Positions 49,534 through 62,379 of a DNA stretch of 64,000 nt are shown in pieces. The position numbers and the translations under genes are program-made. The notes below the pieces were generated by a model. That model was given only the letters and a program-made list of their open reading frames with translations. It was not told the DNA's origin and ran no database searches. Source of the DNA: Tubulanus polymorphus (Eukaryota; Animalia; Nemertea); assembly GCF_964204645.1 (NCBI RefSeq), contig NC_134036.1:10767859-10831858 (forward strand), given 5' to 3'. The first letter of the stretch is position 1. Each line of letters opens with the position of its first letter.

Positions 49534-52500
49534 TAAGAGTGTATTAAAAATGTTCAACCCAACAGGTATTGGATGTTTCAGTAAAATTTCCGGACCAACG
49601 AAAGTTATGAATGAGGAGATACTAAATTCCTAATAAGAAGAATAATTCGATGCTGTTCGATTTTTCAATCAGTTGTATTGATTTGTTTCTTTTTTATTGC
49701 TTATGTTGTCACAATGGAGATTTCAGCAGTTTAGGATATTTTCATCGGACGTAAATTGCCATCTGTTCAGCTTTCTGCCAATTCTTGATTACTGAAATCG
49801 ATGCAACGGTTATAGAATCTTCATACAATTTGCAAATATTTTCAGACATAGACAGGCTTTTTATATGCATTGGATAAACTGAATTTATATAAGTTGTGAA
49901 ATGCTTACATGACGCTTCGAAATTTGGCGCGTAGTAGATATTTGGCCATCCACAATGAATCTACTTCACACCCTCCGTAGTTACGATTAATGAAAAATCG
50001 TCTATTCTCAGTTGTTGAAATAACACTGAAATGCATGAATTTATAATAGGATGTCTTACATAAATACAGAGCCTTTGCGAAAGCAACTGATATATGATAC
50101 ACAAGAAATTGAAAACAAAATATTTCAGACAAAAAGAAACATGTTTACTGTCGTGTAGTGAAAACATATTATTTGAAAATCGGTTTTACAAGCAGATACA
50201 CATACTTACTATCCTTCCATTGAAAAAATGTTAGATTCTGATTCTTTTGATAAATCGTTCCAACTACTAATCATCAATCGTTCCTTATTGAACCAATTAG
50301 TTATTGAAGAACCCGCTCCATTAAATCTGGCTTAGGCAACGGTTTTTCCAGCCTGGTAGAGCTCTACTTGTACCTTGATAGACATAATGTAAATTGTAAC
50401 TGTCATTACTATGAACCTATATTATGATGGTTGGTTTTCACGATAGTTTTATATCTTTTAATGACAAATGTTGCTATAAATGACAATAATTTTGAAAACG
50501 ACGCCACGTCGAACTATCAACACCACGTGATTAAAACACTGACCTCTTTAACATTCATGCTGCCCCATGCATCCACATGAGGACTCTTCCAAACACAGTT
50601 ACATTTTATCGTCGGTTCGAGTCTACTTGGCGGGCATTGGTCATTGTATGGTTTTGTCCACGCTTCATAAACACCTTTATTTGTCCCTTCACTGGCAACA
50701 AACACCAGTCTCCAAGGGGTATCGCCGTACGTAGTCTCGCTAATTTTTACAAGCGGTTTTACATTAACATGTATACAATATATTCCGTATCCGGGATTTC
50801 AATAAATAAACACTTACAGCAGTAATCGTAGACTAACTTACCGCATGATGACCCTAAAATATGAAAAAGGAGTTATCGAAATCGGACAAAAAAAATTATA
50901 ATGCAACATGTTGGGGTTTCTGAACTTCGCGGAATATCCGGATTCTACGGAATTCCCGGATTTTTGTCGGAATCACCGGAATTTATCTAATATTCCCGGA
51001 TTCTTAGTAAAACCCAGAAAAGATCTCGGATGGCGAGCGGACAATTCAATTCAATATTCTATTGATGCAAATTTGGCAGAAAATGTATACAGCGGCAATA
51101 AACAATTTTGCCTCTCACGCAGCTCGTCCAGTCGACCGATTTCCTTCAGTCATTTTAATTTCATCGTTATTGAGGTATGTATAGAATTGGACATCTAAAT
51201 TTACAGAAAATCTTCATTACTGGCGTTGGCGTTTAAATGTCAACTATTATTAGTGCTTAACGTCGATATGTCATGAAACTGTATGCACTCTATGTATGTC
51301 GGTCGTACGACGTAGAAGCTAGTACTACTCTTCTAGGGCCGGTAGGCCTAAGCTTACTTACAAGTTATATCAGGCATTCCTCCAAGGCCAGCTTCCTGAA
51401 CTTTTTAGCTAGCGGTACATTTTATTATTTTTTACTCATTTGAACTAGACCTTCATTCATTTTGCAGGATGCAGGAGAGGCTAGGCCTATGTCATCCAAC
51501 CAGTCTGAGTCAAATTGAATGCGATATATCATGGCCTGATTATTCAACTAATATGTTTTATTAATTCATTCCAGTTAATCACAGACCAACATGTTGCGCC
51601 TTCCAAATTTAAACGCCACAAGCTGTTACACGAACAGCATTTTACAATGCTTTCACAACTTGTTCAGTTTAAGAAGAGTGTTTGAATTCTTGTCCTCCTC
51701 TCAAGGAACAGGTACCATAAGGTAGCGTTGACGCGTTGGACGGCGGAACTTATCACTAGCAATTTTCGCGATTCATGTTTCGCGTAATGTTCGAGAATTA
51801 TGGAACTCTCTTTAACAAAGAACGTTGACAAAGTAGTTCTTCGTTTATTCGAAATCCCAATTCTTCATAGTGTAATTGCATCGGTTGCGTTAGCTTTTTC
51901 CTATGATTGCCTTTGGATTGAACCAGTCGAAATAGGGCCATCCCGTTTGCCAATATCATTGGTCTCGGGTCACGGATATTTTTATTGTGATGGTTAGCCG
52001 AAATCAATAAACGAATCGGGTCCGCTACTGCGAGAGATGATGAATTACAAACCGTAGAACCTGCCGCTCTACGATCATCAATGCGGCGTGTTTTACAAGG
52101 ATTTGATCTCGGTTCATCTCTACACTCGTCGTTAAGTTTATGTTTACTCACAATATATGTACCATTAGAGCTATTCTCGGAGAGTTTATAACCTACGCGA
52201 TGTCTATACATTTCCACTTATTTCGAATATGAACTGAATTTTTATCGGACCTTCCGATTATATCGTACACCGTGCACTAGGGTGGAAGTGACCTGACAAC
52301 AAGCGTACACGACGAACCAAACAGGGCGGACAGTGTTTTACGAGCGAACAAGGTTTCAAAAATCAAACCCAGCGGACAGTGGTGTGATAACGGTATTATT
52401 GATTTATGTTATTGATTTCAAACAGCAGTTCGGTCCATAAATAGAACTGCTGCTGCAAAAGATAACTCAAACTTTGTGACATAAATTAATGTTAAAATGT

Positions 52501-54794
52501 CGGATTTTTGGATCAACAACTACTGTGGCAAACTATAATTCAAACTTTATGTCAGGATTTAATGAGAAAATGTCACGTATATAGACAGAAATTAATGAGA
52601 AAATGTCAAGTTTATAGTCACGTCACTTTGGATTGAACGGTTTTTCGTCCAACGCAGGTTGAGCTAACGACAATTTTTACTGTTTTGGTAATGTCTTTAT
52701 TGATAAGAAGTGAACTATATATACTAGTTGTTTTGTACTGTTGAGGGAGACCGCTATAACCATCTAGATCGTTGAGATCAGTTCACTGAATAAAGAACTA
52801 CTGAAGACAGGAACTCTGTGTGCTGTGACTTGTTTTATTTTTGGATGTTTTGTGGTATTTTCACTCACTCAAGCGAAATTCAAAGATCCCGTTGGTGACA
52901 GTGGTATGAATGTTCGGTTCTTCAAACAATTACGCTAATCATCGTTTTTATACGTAGTCGTGGGAGTGAATTTATAATGATAATGATAAATATAGCTGCA
53001 TAGCAGCGATAACGGGTTTCTGCCTAAGTGGTTCATATATTGCACTGGAAGCGTCATCGAAATAATTCTACAGTTCATAACATATAAATTATTTCCAAGA
53101 AGCGCAACCTGGGTCAACAATATGCCGGATATATGGATCCAGCTACATACAAGGGCTACCATATAAAAAGTATCGATGTACCAAAATGGCTTAACCGAAG
53201 ATATGGTTCTTTCAAAGTCTCTAAGCTGTCGCACAAGCCCTCCTTGCGCGTTTTGATCCATAATTTCGTTAATACTACCGGTAGGTTGGTCTACTTTTAT
53301 GCATCAATTTGTTAAGTGCGGAATTTGCATTCAGAAATATACAACGATTTCTAGAAAAAATTTAGTTTTCATTTATTAGTGACAGTTTACATATTTGAAC
53401 TACACAACTTTCAAAACGACCTTAACAACGTATAATCAATGAAAATTAATTTACTTTAATCACAAAGAAGGAATTATAGGTAACAAAATTATTGCATTGT
53501 CGGGATTCGAACACGATGTGGCATCGACGTCTTTGAAGCGATTAAGGTAATGTTGAGGTCATCTGCCAAACGGAAGATGGTACAAAATGGCGGCGATAGA
53601 TGAAACAAAAACAGGAAATGACGGATCGGGACTTATATCAGTCTGATTACGTGATTTGCGAAAACAAAATGGCGGCTTTTTGAATCGCTCATATATGAAT
53701 CAGATATCGTGAATTGACGTGTCCGGACTAATGTGAGTCCGAATCCGAACGTTCAAGGTCGTCTGGTAAATTTTAGGCTTTTCGGGGTGCACTTCTATCG
53801 ATGGTGACGATTCTTTGTGTTATTCTTGTCGCTGTTTAGACCTGGTAATTACGCGGGATTAATTCATAACAAATTACTATATTCGAAATAGTCAGGCGCT
53901 GAGTTATATTTCTGACAGAATTGAAAATTACGTTTATAAGGTGTTGGTAGTCGAATCTGAGAGGATATACATTTTATGAAAAAATTTATGATAATAATAA
54001 TCATCATCAGAATTACAAGAGGGTTTCTGCAAAAGCAACAGAAACTCTAATTAATTAGTTGCAGAAGGCCGTCAGGAAATTATCCGGCTCTAACGTACTC
54101 GATGATGGCTCGTTATCAAATTTAGACGTACACGATCGGCAGGAACTGAAACAAGTCCTTTTCGTGGTTTCCGGCGCCAGTGTCTTTGACGGAAAGATAA
54201 TAAACGGAGTCAATGGTTCGTAGATAGTGGCTGCCCTCACCTATTACTAGCCTTGATTTTCGATTTCTAAATTAATTTATTTTGTCGTATTGTTTTGCTT
54301 AAATTACATGTCTCGGTAAACTATATTATGACGGCTTTCTGACAGGTTTAATTATGTTCGCTTGATTGTTTCTATATTTGTATTTGGGGTAGTTTGGGCT
54401 TGTCCGTAATGTTTTTCTTTAATTTTAATCCCTTATGGATTTTTGATGGTAGATTGCAATTTTGGGTGTGTGTATACTGTCTTTTTCCAATCACGAGGCA
54501 TGATGGTTTCCTTTGTGGCGTAGCTTATGATAGACATAGTCCACGTTTAGCATTATTGTCGTATAGGACGCTTGTAAAGTACTTTCACCAGAAGATGTGC
54601 TGTTTTGGATATCCAATTCTTAGTTTTAAAAGTATCTATTAAGCTTGATTATCTATCATACATGTATTCCCTAAACCATGGTGGCTTTTTAAACTGGTTT
54701 TTCATGCGCGGCTCAAATGAGCTGAGGACTCAAATCTACAGATTACTAATCTTGAATGAACGTTTTACAATGCGTCCTGAAATCTGGTAAAGCA

Positions 54795-55060
54795 AATACT
54801 AAAATGAGTTTTAATACTGGAATCGAATGATTCATTAGGTGAACGTTTTAGAACGTTAGAGTCCTAGGACGCAATTTAGAAATTCCGATACTAAGTGAGT
54901 CTCAAGACTCGAATCTAACGATAAATGAGTCATAGGACGCAATTTAGAAAAGCAGATACTAAAATGAGTCTTAAGACTCGCATCTAACGATGAATGAGTC
55001 CGATGACGGAATTTAGAAAAGTAGATACAAAAATTAGTCTCAGGACTCGATTCTAATTTC
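54795..55060. repeat. Imperfect tandem repeat rich in GAGTC/GACTC
   Basis: GATACTAA..GAGTC..AAGACTCG..TCTAACGAT recurs about three times. Confidence 0.7.
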
Positions 55061-56174
55061 TTATCATATCAATATTTCAATTCCTAAAATGCATGTTTTA
55101 AGACCCAATACAAATAATACATCAAACTAATTTTTGAAAATGTGTCCTGAGACTCAATTTCTTGTATTAACTACAAAACTGGAATCGTGTAACCCGATTC
55201 AGGACTCAAAGCTCTTGATTTTGTATATAAGATTCTGGTTTATGTGAACTAATAAATGACATTTGTACTCTATAGTAGACGCGATTCAGTTGTTTTTGGC
55301 TATGGAGAAGTGTATTCTGTGTTTATATTCATATTGCAGGATTTAGGACAAAAAAGGGAACTAAGACGAAATTCCCTTTTTATTTGGGAAGGCCTTCACC
55401 CTAGTCGGCGAACGAAGGTAATCATCATACGTATTATTTCGATGTGTTGTTTGCGAAATTTGTGAAACTACTGTCCCCGAACTTCCTTGATGACAAATAT
55501 ATGTCTTTGTTACTGGAATTCATTATTATACCATTTTGATTTCTCCGTCGATGGGTTTAGATTAACCCAAAACTGTTAAAATCTAAACTTTCATATCAAC
55601 TGCGGGGTCTTACTTAGCAATGAAACAGAGTATCTACAGAAACTCAGATGATGTTTATGATAATGACATGAGTGATAAATTTTAAGTCGAGAAAGTTTCT
55701 CAGTTTTCATTATTTAATTGTCCTCTTTTACGCACGGAAATTCGTTTGAATTCAAAATAACATCCGCCGGAATTATATGTGCTGGTAATGAGGTCCACGA
55801 ATCAAAACGTATCACGTGAAATATATATGTAAAAGGAAATTTGGTAAATAATTTAATGCAGAGTTAAAAGGACTGATGCTTAACCAGTAAAAATTAGAAA
55901 TACAAAATATACGTGTAAGTATATATGATATTTAAGACCACCATTAAACAATAAACCGTTGCAAACCATTTCAGCTCAATTTTCAAAATTAGTCACCCGT
56001 TTCATCTTCAGATTCCAATTTCCACAATATCAGCTCGATGGATACTCATCGTGAATTTAATATTCATATCGAGTAATTCTGTTTTTTTTTCTCTATTAGC
56101 AGTAGCACAGGGAGCCCAACAGTCGAAACCCTAGCCTATGCAGAAAAACACTGTTCACCTTATCCCAGCATCAG

Positions 56175-57319
56175 CGGTGTTGTCATATCGCGGAAAGACG
56201 GAATCGCGGAATTTTCCAAAAACGCGGAATTTCTTCATTTTTACTTTAAATAGAAAACGGGTTTTCCCACGGGGATACCCACTGTCGGACAGGGCACCGC
56301 ACCGATCGATGCAACGAGTTAGGTTCGAGTCCCATTATTTGCAGGCAATTTTATATGGAATTATTATATTACGATACCGTTGACTGGCTGCCATCTGTAA
56401 AAGAAGTCAGAATCAAGTGGGGTGAAAGAGACCAGGCACCTAATGTCTATTTCTACTGGGCAAACTTCGGTTATCGAAGTTCATCGACTTTTTGAGAACT
56501 TCAGAAACGAATATTATCAGATAAATATTGAGCACGTTCGCGGTGTCGGACCGTAGCTGTAGATGGTTGCAAACATGAAATCCTAAGACCAAACAAGTAC
56601 CGGTTCAAATTCCTTCGTCAAATTCGTCCAGTACCGGTACCAATGAGATTCTTTTGATCCAAATAATCAGCATAGGAACATATATGTTATAGCAGTCACA
56701 AAGAAAACATTAAAAAAACGAAACCATTTTATAATCTTTCATATCATTTAATTCTAAAAGATAAACCACATTCGCTTATAACAACAATGTAGACACACAA
56801 CACGCATCAACAATCCTAAGCCAGAATGAAATATACATAATGTATATTTATTTTCGTGTGACATCGATCCAGTTCCACAGTTGTGAGTTAACTCTGAGTT
56901 ACTTAGAATCAATTCATTTCCAATGTTTTAAATCCAGAGACCAGAGTCAAATCTTAACTCGGAACTGAGTCCTGGAGAATGACCCAGAATGACCCATGGT
57001 GTCATCACAAATCCTACGTTTACGTACCATCGATTTGTATTCCTTCAGTTAATGCAGCGATACTCTGTATCACTGAATTCGCAAAGCACGTATTGCCTAT
57101 AGGTTCTACATTATTTGGAACAGTATCGTTAAGTTGTTGACTGGCGATATAATAAATTATCAAATACTAATTCCCGTGGTTGAAAACCTGGGTCCGATGC
57201 CCTGTCCGACAGTGGGTATCCCCGTGGGAAAACCCGTTTACTATTTATAGTTAAAATGAAGAAATTCCGCGTTTTTGGAAAATTCCGCGATTCCGTCTTT
57301 CCGCGATATGACAACACCG
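56175..57319. mobile_element. Non-autonomous Mutator-like element
   Basis: About 125-bp TIRs (CGGTGTTGTCATATCGCGGAAAGACGG...) and a perfect 9-bp TSD CAGCATCAG (56166-56174 and 57320-57328). Confidence 0.88.
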
Positions 57320-59472
57320 CAGCATCAGACACTGCTGCTGCTTAGAATCGATTCAGGTCAAGTGCCCTCTGATTCCTACTTTTTAGAGTATAATAGGATG
57401 ATTGATAAAAAACATTGAAAATGTTTGGGAACTCTGAAGAGTTGTGTTTAAAGGTAGAGGCATGTTTAGCTTCTTCCATGGTATTTTAAGTTTATTCAGT
57501 TAAGGTTGAGAAATTGTGTACATGACAATGTCAAGACAGTGGTTATTAGTATTATGTCTATTTATCAGAAGATATTGCTGTGGTATACTGAACAAAATTC
57601 ATCATTATTGGTGTTGGTGTTTGAAGCTTGGTATTTTGATTCATTAAGCCAGTCTTGTGAAATTTTTGTGATTAGTATCTTTAAGGTGCATTGTCATATA
57701 CATTTTAATTATTGTAAGGGAGTCATGCATTTGTAATAGACAATTTTCATAAGGCAATGTGTTCTATTGTAGATCAAGGTTAAATCTTAAACGTGTGTCT
57801 TTAGAGTAATCGCAGTATCTAATAGTATTTGGTCATATGATTTCATTTCCAAATTCATGTATTGATATATATCAACGGTCGTGTATTTTAGCGTGTTAGG
57901 TACCATTCTTCGCGCCGCGGAGTGTATCGTTGAATCTTTGAATTATTTTTTTGGTGCAATTCAGACTAGGAATTTTCATTTTGAGTCTCCAAAGGCTATA
58001 GAAGTACAAGTTTTCATTTTTTTCATTTACTTCATTGATATATTGAGTAAAATGAGGGATATCGCGTATGGATATCGCGTAGGGACAAAGCGCCGACCAC
58101 GTGAAACTTCATAATGGAGTGATTCTGAGAAGATATACATACAGTTTTGAGAGGGACAACTTGGTAAGAAACATTACATTTTAAAGGATAAATAAACAAT
58201 TATACTGAGATTAGTATGTTAACCTGTTAAGTGTCAAAATCATCTGTTAGAAGTACTGAAATATTATTTAAAACCAGGTCAAAACATATATTTAGTGTGT
58301 TTACAACATGTGTATTTGTAGATTTGAATCGCCGCTGTTTATTAGATGCCATAGTGCTGTACTGAAAATGAACTATGTATATACGTTAAGTTCATCTCGC
58401 TGGTCGTAATTTATTTCGCTAGTCCTGTACACAGCTACCCGTTCAGCACCAGCCGCATCCAAACAAGTTGAATTCCATTCTCACCAGTCCAGATAGAACT
58501 ATTCAACTACAACTCCGTCTGAATATTTAATATTTAACTTTTCCATATCATCATAGGATATTCTAGAATATAAAACACGAGAAAGATATTGGAGGAATAC
58601 CCTCAAACTATCAAGGAAATAGTGTAAGCAAAATATCGACGAATATCGAATATCAACTTACCCCACGACGCGACCACAACCACGCTCGTCATTGCATGAG
58701 TGTACACGTGCAGGCTTATGGCGAAATGCGGTTACAAATTGAACCAGAGAAATATATAATACCCGTTATTGTAACGGTTCATAGAATATGAAAGATATCG
58801 GCAGAGTGGAGGACACAAACCTACCCTACCGGTCGTGACAAGCATCCACAAGTGAAGAAGGCAAGGCGCAAGATCAAACTATGGCTCCAAGGTCTTTTAG
58901 TTCTGGAGTGTTATACACGTTAACGGTAATTGTTTTTTACTGAAGTGTTACCGGAATATGCGGATTTAAGTTTTATGAAGTCAATCAAACTATGAATCAA
59001 TGATTAATAAATGATTACATGACTTCATTTCTTCAGCGGATTTTCATACAGAAATATTTCTCGTCCAGCTACAATAAAGTTTTGATGAACTACTGTTTGT
59101 ATTTGTGTGTTGTATACAAAATGACCAACGAAAATGAAAAGATTCAACAATTTGTAGAAAGAACATTTAGATTTTCCAAACTGTTTTATTATATATTTGC
59201 AGCTGTATAACAATCGAATTTAACTAACTGAATATTACACTGTTACCAGGCCACAGTAAATACGGTTTCAAGTTGTATGACTACGTGGGGTGGGGGATAA
59301 GGGGGCAGGGGACTATATTTAATGATTAAAAGGCTGCGGTTCATAGTAACCATTTTACACTAATAGGTCTATCGACACGATTTTCAAGGGCAGTGATTTC
59401 TTGATTAATTTCCAATTTTCAAACAAAAATGTCCTACTGTGAATCGATGTGAATAAAACTTTAAATCAGTGG

Positions 59473-60420
59473 TTATTTGATTGAATTTCTACAGCAGATT
59501 TTCATACAGAAATATTCACGAATTTCTCGTCCCATTAAAAGATATATGTAGAAATTTACCACATAATTACACATTACGAATTGTGTGAAAATGTCATATA
59601 GAAATTCTTTCTGTTCCGTAAGGATTGGTAAAAATGCAGCAATAGTGGTTGGAAGTGTGAATATTGCAAATGCGAGTGAAACTGTTACAAGCATCATCGT
59701 TGTACGTTTCGATTTTGTAGTTTTCTTATCAGACGAAAGCATTTTTGTACCTCTGAATAACTGAATAATTATGATAGAATTTGATATCAGAATCGACGAT
59801 AAAGGCAAAACAAAAGCGTAGACACCAAGTGGAGTAAGAAATTTCATTTGGACAATTAATTCATAGTAACATCCGAAAAACTGGTCGGAAAAATGTATCG
59901 ACAAAGTAGCGGGAAGTTGAACCAGTACAGTCACTGTAGTAATTATCAATATAGCAAATCTAGCGAATCTAGGTGTGCATATCAAACGAGAAGTGAACGG
60001 AAAGAGAACAACTGCCGCACGTTCTAGAGATATAGCTACCAATAACCAGGAACTGCTAGAATTGGCAACTGCCATCAATATTTCATATATCTTACAACTG
60101 ATCAGTGAATTCATGATATATACAAGACTAGTATTTAGATTCAATAGAATAAACTGTAAAACAGGCATCAGTGTAAAATTTATGCAGTACAAGAAATCAC
60201 AGACTGACAAAATGACAAGATAGTTAGCGTAAGATAAACTGCGGAATTTGCGACTTGTCATTATAAGAAAAGTAGCTGAATTTCCAAAGACTCCAAACAG
60301 AAACACGATAGGCAGAATGACCAACGACACAGTACGGTAAGTTCCAGACCTGTTCTCCACCGACATTAGAATGATGTAACTGCTATACGTTCGACCAATT
60401 CGAATCTTAGTTGAATTCAT
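59473..60420 (-). CDS. Single-exon class A (rhodopsin-like) GPCR, peptide/chemoreceptor-like
   Basis: Seven hydrophobic segments; GN, LSVCD, C in TM3, SLER..V.FP, FTLP, NFYIY. Confidence 0.92.
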   Translation of the reverse strand: MNSTKIRIGRTYSSYIILMSVENRSGTYRTVSLVILPIVFLFGVFGNSATFLIMTSRKFRSLSYANYLVILSVCDFLYCINFTLMPVLQFILLNLNTSLVYIMNSLISCKIYEILMAVANSSSSWLLVAISLERAAVVLFPFTSRLICTPRFARFAILIITTVTVLVQLPATLSIHFSDQFFGCYYELIVQMKFLTPLGVYAFVLPLSSILISNSIIIIQLFRGTKMLSSDKKTTKSKRTTMMLVTVSLAFAIFTLPTTIAAFLPILTEQKEFLYDIFTQFVMCNYVVNFYIYLLMGREIREYFCMKICCRNSIK

Positions 60421-61434
60421 GATTCACGAGAATTAACTCAGTTCGGTATGCTCCAGACCTGTTCACTACACGCATTATAGCAATGTAACTGTTAAACTGC
60501 ATCTGAGCTGAATTCATGATTCGATTAAGTGTCAGCGGTATGTGGACTGATTGTATCAATAGACTGAAGCTACGTGCAAGCCATGACGTATATTCATTAA
60601 CGCAAGCAATTTATTGTTCGCATCAAATGAAAAACAAATTTTCAGAAATCTGACTCAATTTACCCAGATTCAGAAATTAAAAAATTTATCACCCCATTGG
60701 CACTCAAGCCGCCCCTATCCGCCCAGACTTACACTACTCAAACCACCCGAATCCGCCCGGCAATTTTTTCGTATGCTGCACGAAAACGGTTATAGTAGGA
60801 TTCGAGCCCAATAGCTTATGATAAACTGCACACCTAAATCCTTGAAATACCGTACAGAAATCAACATCCTCCTATTTCAATTTCTCGAGTATTTCAAGTT
60901 TGAACATGACACATCTGAGCGCTCACTTCGAATCCAAGTAAGTTTGGATTAATTTCGGGGGCGAAAAGGACATGATTTTGGTGGCCCGCCTCATCAAATC
61001 TTACATCATATGAAAACGTTGACTATTTACTACAAATTAACACTAACTTGTTATGCATGGAAATCGAGATCGGAATAGAACTCTGCTCCCCCGAGACTGC
61101 GAACCCCTTTTGTAGAAAGAAGCGGCATTCTTTAAAATCAGATTCTCCCACTCAACTTTTGGCAAGAAGCAGCGACCTAGCTGCCATGACAGTTTTTGGT
61201 AAAGTATATAGCCCTAATGATCTCAAATTAATTTGAAAACTGATTCGCATAACTTAACTGTGGAAATCATGAATTGGAATTGTATTTTACCTATGGAATA
61301 CCGATAGATCTATGCATTTTAATCCAAGTCTTTACAGCACTTCGATGACCGCGTTGTGCTTGTCACGTGATTTTGGTAACAGCGGAAGTTTCGTTCCTTT
61401 ACCTCGTTAGTAGTGATAGGGGATTGCTATACAC

Positions 61435-61810
61435 GAGTGGTTAAAATTGTGGTTGGGGTTAAATCCAAAATGGCGGCTGTCATGTGATCCAAGATGGCAC
61501 CCCGTTCCAAGATGGCGGCGGACGCGTGACCCCCGTATGATTCAAAAATTGCGATAGATGCTCCCAACAGCTGTTACACCATTACTGATGCGATAACCCG
61601 CGTTCGAATAGAACATTATACAATATTGATTAACGGCTGTTATATATTTCAAATAATGCTTTTTATTTCGAAAAACATATCACAATCGATTTTACGTCAC
61701 AAAACAAGTGCGGGCAAGAATATTTATGCAATCGATATACATCATAGGTTGAAAAGTCATCATTTAGTTACCAGGGGGTAAACATCATCACGACGACGAT
61801 CCGATCGCGA
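61435..61810 (-). repeat. Inverted partial copy of 1205-1652 (YY1 array and PC4 upstream region)
   Basis: Shared AAACAAGTGCGGGCAAGAATATTTATGCAAT, CCGCGTTCGAATAGA, ATGGCGGCTGTCATGTGATCCAAGATGGC. Confidence 0.85.
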
Positions 61811-62000
61811 TAGACTATAAGTAATAGGGAATAAGTTGTTTCAAGCCAAAGGTCGAAGGGTCGAAAAATAAATTCTCGCACACTCGAACTTATTTTTCGA
61901 CCCTTCAACCTTTAACTTGAAACAACTTATTCCCTATTACTCTTATAATTTTCATATAATAACTTCTAAAATCAATTTTAATAAAAAATATGTTATTAAA

Positions 62001-62345
62001 ATTGAGAGTAAACAAATACACGGTAAATTCTTAGATAGAATCAAAAATACTACAAATGTCAAATCTGTAGATTACAAATTTAAGAAGTTAACAGAATTAA
62101 CAATTCATAAGAAATATATAATTACCAACATTGATACAGTTTCTAATAAACATGGAGATAAATTAATAATTCACTCTAGAATATGAAGGATTAAAAGGAA
62201 ATAAATATAAATTCAGAACTTATTTACCAGATAGATTTCATAGGTTATCTAGTGAAGATTTAGAACAATTATGTTCTGGTGATTTCTATTTCATATATTA
62301 GGGTAAGAATGAAAAAAGGGCACCATGAAATAGATTTCGAATAAT
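62001..62345 (+). pseudogene. Frameshifted homologue of ORF 33148-33474
   Basis: FLDRIKN..KKLTEL..NKHGDK / FRTYLPDRF..IYLGKNE. Confidence 0.65.
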
Positions 62346-62379
62346 ATAAAATCAATTTTAATAAAAAATTTAGTATTAA

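Noticed and set aside
51798-54240. Short ORFs and two AAAATGGCGG (YY1-like) sites suggesting a host gene
   Set aside because: No coherent exon chain or recognisable protein.
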